Assembly: GCF_964355755.1 (NCBI RefSeq)
Contig: NC_092670.1
Coordinates: 610,201-674,200, forward strand
Length of the DNA: 64,000 nucleotides
Direction: 5' to 3'
Source of the DNA: Antedon mediterranea
Taxonomy: Eukaryota > Animalia > Echinodermata
Positions 53,767 through 64,000 of this stretch are shown here, one piece after another (within the stretch, counting starts at the first letter, position 1; each line of letters begins with the position of its first letter). Made by a program: the position numbers and the translations under genes. The notes below the pieces were generated by a model. That model searched no databases and was not told the origin of the DNA. It worked only from the letters and a program-made list of their open reading frames with translations.

Positions 53767-54624
53767 AATGCAACGACTTAACTATCATCAACATCCGCAA
53801 GATCCGGCAAATCGACCAAACTTTGGCCTGTTAATCGACCTTTACGCCCGTTAAAACCACTAAAGTAGCCTACTGTTATAATCAATTTGGTTGGCTAAAT
53901 CCAGATAGTTGTTAAAATCTCGAAATTTCGAAGAAGAATAAAAAAAAACGCAATTAACAGGTGCTTGATAGCAGGTTATCCACTCTCCGATTGGACGCAA
54001 TGCAAGGATGACGTAACGCGCCGCAAGTAATTTGACCAATCACAATTCGACCCAAGTTGTGCCTACGTCATTGTGTTGCGTCCAATTGGAAGTTTGAAGA
54101 CAAATCGGAGGCTCAAAAAACTACAGCAATACCTTTCATGTTTATTCATCGAAAATAGGAATAAAAGTTCATTCATTCATTCATTCATTCTTTATTTAGC
54201 ATTTAAAATCGAAATACATTTAAAACATATAGGTAACAAAAACAAGACAGGTGGAAATCTAAGGAGGCAAGGATAAGCAAAAGCAATTACAATCGATGTA
54301 GCTCACAGGCTTGCTTATCCATCCTTAGACATCCAGTACATAAAGATAGATAAAATACACATTAACGATCCAAATATAAATAAATTCTAATTTAGTGACA
54401 AAGTATAGCCTATTACTAGAGTACCAAATTATTTTTAATTTAGTAAAATTTCAGTAGTTGCATACACGCCGACGCATTATATATATTACATAATGAAAAT
54501 TTATTCAATAACATATTTTATGAAAGTAAGGGGCTATTAAAAAAAACCATTGAAGGTTGTGATATGTTACGTTTAACAAACGTTCAATATTCTGTTTATA
54601 AAGGTCATCACATTAATATGCATG

Positions 54625-57130
54625 TAATAATAATAATAATAATAATAATAATAGCAGGATTTTGATAGCGCACATACCACTCAAGAGTGCTCAAGGCGCA
54701 TTAAAAAAAATAAAAACAAATCATACAAATGCCTGACAAATAAAATGCAATTTCTTTGGAGGGTCCCCATCCGTTCTCGTTCTGTCGCGGTCCCGGACCC
54801 CTACCTAGGTGACCAAACAAAGGAGCAGGATACACATTTGCCTTGCCACAGACGACCGGGTGCTCAGAGACAACAACCAAGACAGAGCCACCCCAAAGAT
54901 AATGCTGGTCAGGAAAAAGTATACTATAAAATTCTAGAACTTTAAGAAACCTCATGATTTCCATATGCCTTAATGAATAAATGTGTTTTTAATTATTTTT
55001 AAAAGTATCAACAGTTTTGCAAAATCTGATAGAGCTCGGTAGAGCATTCCATAGACGAGGAGCAGTAACGGTGAAAGCTCTGTCTCCCCATGAGTGGTGA
55101 GACTTAGGTTGATGTAGAAGCAGCGTATCACTAGAACGCAGATTCCGTCTGGGAACATACAGCCAAAGCATGTCAGAAATATATTCAGGAGCCATGCGAT
55201 TAATAGACTTAAAAACATAGAGTAATATTTTAAAAACAATGCGGTACCTAACAGGAAGCCAATGCAAAGTTTCCAAGGTATTTTATATGTGTGCATATCT
55301 TGGTAGTTTTTTAACAACTCGTGCCGCTGTATTTTGAATCAGCTGAAGCCTGTGGAGGTGTTTTTGTGGGAGACCAAATAACAAGGAGTTACACATAATA
55401 TCGAGACGCGAACTAACAAATGCATGTACAAGTTGCTCAGCAGCTGCACGATTTAAGTATTTTCTGATGCCTCGAATATTTCTTAAATGATATGACGATG
55501 CAGACGTAATTTTATAAATATGAGCCGTCATTGTCATATTAGAATCCAGAATTACACCAAGATTTCTAACTTGTGTAGTATTTTTAGTACAAAAGTTACC
55601 AATGGAAACCCTCCTAGATGGAATTTTCTCTAATTTTTGTTGCGAACCAAATAGAATGTACTCAGTCTTATCATCATTAAGTTTTAAAAAGTTTTTGGCC
55701 ATCCAGACACGAATTTCAGAGATACATTTTTCAAGCAAATCAATTGATAATTCACTCTGTGTCATGGTATGTTTAAACGATATATATATTTAAGTGTCAT
55801 CAGCGTAAACATGATAGCTAAGATTATATTTCTTAATGATATCACGAATAGGATATACATAAATTGTAAACAATTGTGGACCTAACACAGATCCTTGCGG
55901 AACAGAGAAATTAAAAGTGGTAGGTTGAGAGATTACCTCTCTAATACAAATGTGTTGAGGTCTGTCCGCCAAGTATGATTGACACCATCTTAGTGCACAT
56001 CCCTCAACACCAATAGAAGCATGCAACCTCTCAGTCAGAATACTATGATCTACCATATCAAACGCAGCACTCAAATCAAGTAAAATTAAAGCAGTTACTT
56101 TTCCAACATCCATCGCACGAAGTATATCATTGCTAACGCGCAGTTTCAGTACTGTGATGTGCTTTATACGCTGATTGAAACGGATCAAGTAAAGAATTAT
56201 CCTTTACATGTGATAGTTTACGTTTAGATACCACTTTTTCAATTACCTTTCCAAGAAAACACAGATTTGATACTGGTCTGTAACTGGATAGCTTTTCAGG
56301 ATCAAGACCAGATTTCTTTAATTGAGGACGTATGTGCGAGATTTTACAAATATCTGGGAAAACCCCAGTTTCCAAAGACAGATTAACGACACGTGTAATT
56401 AGTGGAACAAAAACAACAGCATTTCTCTTAATTAACAGAGTAGGAACTGGATCAAGACTTCAAGATTTAGCAGGCGAGTTTTTGAAAATTTCAAAAATTT
56501 CTTTTTCACTTGCAGGTTCAAATTTACAAAGGGAGGGACAATTATAATTTTCACAGCATACGTCGTTATTAAAGTAATGAGACAAACTTCCAGCACTATC
56601 TTTAACAAGAAGTTTACGAATATTAACAATTTTATTTTTAAAAAATACGGAAAATCTTTCTGCAAGCAACTCATCTGAGTGAGAAAATGGAAGCACCGAC
56701 GATTTAGAACAGTGTAAAAGATTGTTTACAACTTTAAACAGCTTCTTCTGATCACCTGAGCAATCTTCGACCAGATCAGAATAATATCGTTTCTTAGCAC
56801 TTTCAACAAGCATATTAACAATACACCGCTGATGACAATATTTCTGTCTATCTAAGGTATTTTTTGATTTCATCCATTTTCTCTCAAATACGCGACGGAG
56901 TTTTCTCGCAGATCTAATTTCATCAGTAAACCACGGTTTTGAAGAATTTAGTTTGATACATTTTGTTTTTAAAGGTGCGTGTTTATCCATAACTTCTCTT
57001 AAAGAGCAGTATCTTTCAATATTTTCTTGCAAAGTACCATCATGCATATCAGACAACCGAGCTTGTATGTCATTTGAAAATATTGTTGTATCAATACTGT
57101 TTATATTTCGGATTTTAATTTTAGATTTAG
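54625..57130 (-). mobile_element. 5'-truncated, frameshifted L2-clade LINE (reverse transcriptase ORF2 remnants)
   Basis: Consecutive ORF fragments with YRPVSNL, LLDLSAAFD, VPQGSVLGP, YADDT, LKLNDDKTE and LHWLPV..RI.FK; 3' (TAT)n tail at 54625-54653. Confidence 0.92.
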
Positions 57131-57287
57131 GAAGTAGATGTAGTTACGAAAATCTGGAATTTTCAACGCTGACATACGTCACACATTGAATAAACACAAC
57201 TTTTAATTTTCGCAGCATGCAATTATCGAATGGTAATTCACATTTCATTAAAGAAAAAAATAATCGCGTCGTCTTAAAATGTATTGA

Positions 57288-57910
57288 CGATTTTTAATGA
57301 TATTGCAATATATTTTAATTTATTTTGATATAGTATATTATATGCATTTTTTTCTGCCTGGTTTTGTGTGATGTGTTCTTGTTCTTTGTCCATGAGTTTT
57401 ATATTGTATTTTTATGGAGACAAAATAAATGAAATGAAAATAAAGCTCTGATGCGACCGATTTTTAATGATATTGCAATATATTTTAATTTATTTTTATA
57501 TAGTATTATATGCATTTTTCATGTTTATGCAAATTTTATTCTAAAGTGATAAGTTCGCTTTTTAGGATTTCTGTCTCTGCCTGGTTTTGTGTGATGTTTT
57601 CTTGTTCTTTGTCCATGTTTTTATATTGTATTTTTATGGAAAAATAAATGAAATGAAAATAAAGCTCTGATACGACCGATTTTTAATGATATTGCAATAT
57701 ATTTTAATTTATTTTTATATAGTATTGTATGCATTTTTTATGTTTATACAAATTTTATTCTAAAGTGATAAGTTGCTTTTTAGGATTCCTGTTTGTACCT
57801 GGTTTTGTGTGATGTTATCTTTGGATTCTTTGTCCACGTTTTTTATATTGTATTTTTATGGAGACAAAATAAATGCAATGAAATGAAATGAAAATAAATC
57901 TCTGATACGA
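57288..57910. repeat. ~170-230-bp tandem triplication
   Basis: cgatttttaatgatattgcaatatattttaattt...aataaatgaaatgaaaataaagctctga starts at ~57288, 57458 and 57677. Confidence 0.85.
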
Positions 57911-58217
57911 CTGAAGACGAGATTTAAAGTTATTGTAAATAACAATTTGCATCAAATTAAAATCACATCCTGAGGAATTTCCTTAGAAGTTCTCCTTTCA
58001 AGAAATTCCGTTCCCCCCCCCCCACCCCGTACAGAGGTGCTAATCGGTGTGTTGATTCTAACTGTAATAAATAATGTATATAATGCATATGTCGGTAGCT
58101 GTATCAAAATGATAAACACAATACCATTAATGTCTACTGTTCTTTATTAATATTATTTGTTAGAAGACAATTGACTACAGTACAATGGTATACCAATCCA
58201 AAGGCAAATTACTCGGA

Positions 58218-58445
58218 GAAAAATGAGAATACTCTAACCAGCTAGCTGAATCTCAATGGAGATACAAATAAAAGAAGAAAAAATGAGAATACTCTAACCA
58301 GCTGAATCTTAATGGAGATACACATAAAAGAAGAAAAATTAGAATACTCTAACCAGTTGAATCTCAATGGAGATACACATAAAAGAAGAAAAATGAGAAT
58401 ACTCTGACCAGCTGAATCTCGATGGAGATACACAAAAAAGAAGCA
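58218..58445. repeat. ~59-bp tandem repeat, ~4 copies
   Basis: agaaaaatgagaatactctaaccagctgaatctcaatggagatacacataaaaga; 2 copies in the duplicate at 63768-63886. Confidence 0.88.
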
Positions 58446-59045
58446 AAGAATACCATGAAAAGTACGGTACATGACATTTCACACGCGCGTCCAACCAAAC
58501 GCTTGATACATGCTATCGGTTTCTGTACGCGCACATAACTGTCATGTGAATGTAAAAATTAATTAATTGTCGTACATTGAGTAAATTGTCAGTCTGTAGC
58601 CTGATGTTCACAATTTCACAATGTAGGTTAGGCCGGAATTTAACCTAACATAGGCCTATCTTCTGCAGTAATAAAGACTCCATACCCATCTGAAAAAAAC
58701 ATCAATTAATTCAATCACAATTATTTATGACAAACCATAACAATACCCTAAAATCCAGACTGATTTCAATTCATGAATAAGAGCACATTGTGAGAATTGG
58801 ACGTTTCAATATATTTGATCATTTTTAAGGATCTAACACTGTCACAAGCAAACGTTGGCAATATAAAACTTTTTACAGGACGCTGATTTCCCTAGCAATG
58901 AATGACAATGTAAGAGAGTCTCAGTTGGTATGAACAGTAAAATTGATTTTTTTGGAAGGTAAAATAATTAAGTGAAAAGCTTACTGTCTGGTATACATGA
59001 AAAGTAATCTTTTACTAAGTATTTTACTGGTTGCCTTATTTTTAA

Positions 59046-59611
59046 AGGCCAGGTGCGGGCACAAAATTTCTATTGATCATACATTCCAATAATCATCCAT
59101 CTATAGTTTCCCCTATGTTTCATCATTTTTGGGATTTCATTTGTGTTACATGAGCATGTTGAAAATAAGCACTTTCTTATCAGTGGGGGGATAGTTCAAA
59201 TTACTGTACACAGTAAAATCTCTATTCTTTTGTACACAAATTGTGTAAATAGAGAGGGTAAAAAAATGTTATCGGATGACTAAATATAGGTATATAACTT
59301 GAATTTTACATTTCTGGTATTTTTATTCAACTTCAGATTTTTGTTTCCATGCTATAGCAAAAATTATCCACCGTATATCCACCATCTTTTTTCACCTTCT
59401 AGGGAGTCACCAGACATGTTATTACATTAGGTTAACTACCTAACTACTGAAAAAAATTCTTCCTGGTTTTTATGGCAGAATATTGCTAAATTTTGTATTT
59501 GACCATATTAAAGGAAATTCATGTTTTTTCGTCTTGATTTTTGTTACAAATATTTGATTTATGTACAATTAACCAGATATTATATTTAAAATTCATGCCT
59601 GTACCTGAGCT
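59046..59611. mobile_element. Kolobok-like TTAA element, copy 2 of 4015-4592
   Basis: TTAA|AGGCCAGGTGC...CCTGTACCTGAGCT|TTAA, colinear with 4015-4592. Confidence 0.75.
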
Positions 59612-60199
59612 TTAAAATTTGCGCTGTGTTGATTCAATTTAACTTTTATTAATGGCAGAGCTTACCTAAACAAGTATAACCGTTGTCGTTGTCAGATGGA
59701 ACACATCGTTTTCCGGATTGACATTTGTTATTGTCACATGGGTCTGAAACAGTAGTAAAACACATTTTAGTTGTCATCCTAACACTAACATTTGAGATTT
59801 GAGTAGGGGAACTTTAGGCTTTATTTATAAAAGAGTATTGAAAAGTGAAATACTGTATTTACTATTATACTGTTAAAAGCAAAACTTCAAACAAGTTTGT
59901 GTAAAATAAGCGCGCCTAAATGAGGAAAACTTGTTTTACAAAATTACAATTATACTTATGTTTCTCAACTCACGTACCTGACATTACGACCGCTGCATAT
60001 AAGACAAGAAATGCGATTACAAGGAAGGCTCGATTCATCCTGCAGAACTTGTTACTGGGTAAAAACAACAAGTTTTTTAGTTACCTACCAAGAGAATCTT
60101 CCAACTCGAATGTTATCCTTAAACCACCAAAAATTCTTCAACTTAGCTTTATGACCGTGTTTCCGCAAACCATAACACAAATTATCGGTTAGATAGATC

Positions 60200-61410
60200 A
60201 TTAATAAAAAAAACAACAAATATTTTTGTAATTCCTTATTAAGTCTTAAACGTAACAACCCTGCCATGTGGCATAAAGGTATTAAACAACTATGTAATCT
60301 TAAGACTAAAAATACTAATTTCACCTTGCCTGGGCTGTCCAAAGTTGAAACTGCCTCTGAGATTAATGCCCATTTCTCTAGTGTTTGTAATGCCATCCCT
60401 CCTCTTAATTTAAACGATTTGCCTGCTTATCTCCCAGCCCCTGGGCCACCACCTTTAATATATGCTGGTCAGGTCCTAAAAGCCCTTTGTAATCTTAAGC
60501 CTAACAAAACTGGCCATCCAGATGAACCCCCTATTAAACTATATAGAGATTTTGCTCCTGAACTTGCTGAACCTGTTGCGGATATCTTCAATCATGCATT
60601 GAAGGATGGTGTTTTCCCCGACCTTTGGAAAAGGGCTACTGCAGTTCCCATTCCTAAAACTGTGAATGCTAGTTCTGTCTCTGACCTTAGACCTATTTCC
60701 CTTACCTATGTTCTTGCCAGGGTATTTGAATCTTTTATTGTTAAGTGGATTCTTGAAGATATTAAGGGTAAATTAGATTCTCGTCAATTTGGTAGTAGGA
60801 AAAAGGCTTCCTCAACTCACTATCTTGTTAGTCTTATTGACTCTACACTCAAAGATGTTGAGAAGGGTAAATGTTATGTTAACCTACTATGTGCCACTGA
60901 ATTTACTAAAGCTTTTGATCGTGTTGATCATAATGTTATTATTATAAAGTTGATTGAACTGGGTGTGAGGTCGCCCATAATTCCCATCGTCTGTAGCTTT
61001 CTCACTTCCCGTACTCTCAACACCAAGTTTGCTGGGATTTTGTCATCTTCAAAGTCACTGACTTGTGGTGTCCCACAGGGGACATTGCTTGGCCCTGTAC
61101 TTTTCCTAGTACTTATTAACGATGCTTGTGTTGATTGCTGCAGACGATGGAAATATGTGGATGACCTCACCCTTGGGGAGGTCGTTCGCAAAGGTGATTT
61201 GCCTTCCATGCTATCCCTGTTAGATGATCTGAGTGTTTGGTGTTCATCCAATAATATGATACCCAAACCCTCCAAATGCCATATCTTGGTTGTCAATTTT
61301 CTTAAGGACAAGTCGGATGATATTATATCGCCTTCTTTTAGTCTGAGTGGTTCCATTTTACAAGTAGTTGATCACATGACGCTTCTTGGTGTAATCATTC
61401 AAAATGATAG
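60200..61410 (+). mobile_element. Truncated non-LTR retrotransposon RT fragment (CR1/L2-group)
   Basis: 396-aa ORF 60266-61456 with LRPISLT, QFG, FTKAFDRVDH, GVPQGTLLGP and KYVDD; no endonuclease or 3' end. Confidence 0.9.
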
Positions 61411-61968
61411 ATATGTAATAAGTGAATGTTTTAAGGTTTTCACGCTGCTGCTCTAGCCCGCTACGTCACACGAGATGACTCATTCATTAGATGAAATCAA
61501 GCAGCTTTATAGTACTACACTTTGACATTTTTGTTAAAATGGAAACTCCACTATAATTTATTGGTACCACCTGTTGAATCCAAAAACGGCTGAGAAAAGA
61601 GTCTAACGACAAATCCCAAAGCATTCTGGTATTTATGAGTCCCATGATATAATTCGCTGTCAGATAATCATTGAATTATTATCAAAACAGTCCATTGAAG
61701 TTTTTGTTTGTAATAGGATACTTGAAGTATCTAGGCGTAATGAAGTGACCCCCAGACTTGACCTTAGCAATAACAATAAGCGAGCAGCGTTTTTTGTAAG
61801 AAATATTCTTGTTTATTCATGTATGTTTTTAATTGTATGGTACGATATCTAATTTTATTAAGATGTTTCTATTTTTATAGCAATTTGAACTAATTTTTAG
61901 TCATTTGTAATACATTTCATTTCAGTCCTTGACTGTCGTTTTGTAATATGTTTTTATATACCGAATAA

Positions 61969-62210
61969 ATTATCGGATAATGTTTTCTTGAAGGTGGAAT
62001 TGCTTAAACCACGTTCCCACAGAACCTTTATCGGATAATGTTTTCTTGACGGTGGAATTGCTTAAACACCGTTCCCACAGAACCTTTATCGGATAATGTT
62101 TTCTTGACGGGCGAATTGCTTAAACTCCGTTTCCACAGAACCTTTATCGGATAAAGTTTTCTCGGTGGAATTGCTTAAACTCCGTTCCCATAGAACCTTT
62201 ATCGGATTAT
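61969..62210. repeat. ~58-bp tandem repeat, 4 copies
   Basis: ttatcggataatgttttcttgacggtggaattgcttaaactccgttcccacagaacct variants. Confidence 0.88.
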
Positions 62211-62844
62211 CATCGGGTAATGTTTAGCTGTGAACGGCAGGTCAGTTAAATAAAGCAGTTGGCACGTGACCCGCTCGCATACCTCCCTGTTTCATAAACA
62301 ACCAGCAGACAACATAATACCTACCTCCTTTTAGTGTTTCTTGTGAGAGATGACGTTCAATATTAATAGCAGGTAGGACAGGAATAGAAGTTGTCATATA
62401 CGCCGCCCTATTAATATTCGTTACCGTACATAAATTTAAATTTATTCAATAAAATATTTTGTTAATTGTGTGTTAACAATTATAGGGTTGTGACATTTTA
62501 CGTATCGGACAAAACAATTATTAATTATTGTATTTAGTAAGAACATCTGGAATTTCCAGCATGCTGACATACGCCACACATCGAATACTATTATTTGTAA
62601 TAATTAGTCACTGGTTGGAGGTACACACCTAATTGGTGACAGTGACTTAGGCTGGTAGTGTCCTTTCCTGGCAGCTAGTGACTATGATTTTATATTTTTT
62701 TTTGCGTTGTTGATTTGTATTATATTTGTAAAATGTACCTTTTGCCTTAATAAATAATAATAATAATAATACTAGGCCTAACAATAATAATAATAAACAG
62801 TTTAAATCTTTGCAATTTCCGAATAGCAGGCCTAATTCATATAT

Positions 62845-63390
62845 CATTAAACAAACAAATAAGTTTTATATAAGTTTTGTAATTGGGAGACCAGACAGTA
62901 GAGCAGTATTCAAGGTAACTACGAACAATACTTAAATAAAGAGACCGTTTTACATGTGAATTACAATGGAAACTAACACGTTTAACCAGGCCTAACATAC
63001 GATTTGCTTTGGAAATAATACAATTATAATGAGCCTTCCAAGATAAATGAGAATCAATTATGATACCAAGATCATTCATTTCACTAACTCGTTCAATAAT
63101 ATCGTTATTAATTATATAATTAAAAAGAACAGAATTTCAAGATCGGGTAATAGAAATAATTTTACATTTAGAAGTATTAAAATTCAAATCCCATTTTTTA
63201 GACCAGGTGCTCAAAGTATCAATATCAATCTGAAGTGAATGGCAATCCTGGACACTGTGAATTTCTCTGTAACATTTGGCATCATCAGCATAAAGAGCAA
63301 AATTTGTGTCACAACTTAAATTATCAGGCAGATCATTAGGCCTAATATAGGATAAACATTAATGGCCCTAGAATCGATCCCTGTGGGATA
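62845..63390 (-). mobile_element. Decayed CR1/Jockey-group LINE RT fragment
   Basis: Minus-strand PQGSILGP and FALYADDAKC, plus DLGIIIDSHLSW..KANRMLG..LEYCSTVWSP, broken by frameshifts. Confidence 0.85.
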
Positions 63391-63444
63391 TTAGATAAAT
63401 AATGCAAATATAAATTAAATTCAATGTATTTCAGAGTTTGTTCT

Positions 63445-64000
63445 TAAAATAAAGCTCGATACGAAGACGAGATTATTTTATTTTTCATCCTAATTCCTTC
63501 ATGATAATCTTTAAGTTAGGCCCCTATTGAAAATAAAAATTAGTTAATTCCCCCCCCCCCTCCCCGGTACACGATTCAGGTCCTAATCGCCAAAGGTGTT
63601 GATTCTAACTGTAATAAATAATGTATATAATGCATATGTCGGTAGCTGTATCAAAATGATAAACACAATACCATTAATGTCTACTGTTCTTTAATAATAT
63701 TATTTGTTAGAAGACAATTGACTAATATACAGTACAATGGTATACCAATCCAAAGGCAAAATACTCGGAGAAAAATGAGAATACTCTAACCAGCTAGCTG
63801 AATCTCAATGGAGATACACATAAAAGAAGAAAAATGAGAATACTCTAACCAGCTAGCTGAATCTCAATGGAGATACACATAAAAGAATACGATGAAAAGT
63901 ACGGTACATGACATTTCACACGCGCGTCCAAACGCTTGATACATGCTATCGGTTTCTGTACGCGCACATAACTGTCATGTGAATGTAAAAATTAATTAAT
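63445..64000 (+). repeat. Direct duplicate of ~57890-58568
   Basis: Near-identical gtgttgattctaactgtaataaataatg...tgaatgtaaaaattaattaat, with a different copy number of the internal 59-bp repeat. Confidence 0.9.

Noticed and set aside
60266-61456. Domesticated or novel (retron/DGR-like) reverse transcriptase
   Set aside because: Ordinary non-LTR RT motifs, truncated at both ends, with a damaged catalytic-region motif (CATEF where a D-F is expected) and no associated structured ncRNA.

Overview
AT-rich, intron-containing animal genomic DNA. It is probably an invertebrate deuterostome; the frequent TAGGCCTA palindromes look echinoderm-like, but that is only an inference. Reading splice sites by hand gives: (1) the first coding exon of a probable xylosyltransferase (XYLT, minus strand), with no further exon found in the 19 kb of minisatellite- and transposon-rich sequence to its left; (2) a divergently transcribed two-exon LENG9-like gene (RWD + CCCH + MJ1316 + 2H phosphoesterase); (3) a complete RPL38 with a 5'TOP-like leader and a candidate intronic H/ACA RNA; (4) three tandem five-exon GRB2/Drk (SH3-SH2-SH3) paralogs on the minus strand; (5) decayed LINEs and many non-autonomous TIR elements. 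The main finding is the third GRB2 copy. It keeps an open frame, all splice sites and a canonical C-terminal SH3. It has lost the main phosphotyrosine-binding residues of the SH2 and a key N-SH3 residue, and all its indels are in frame, so it is a candidate pY-blind decoy or neofunctionalised adaptor.
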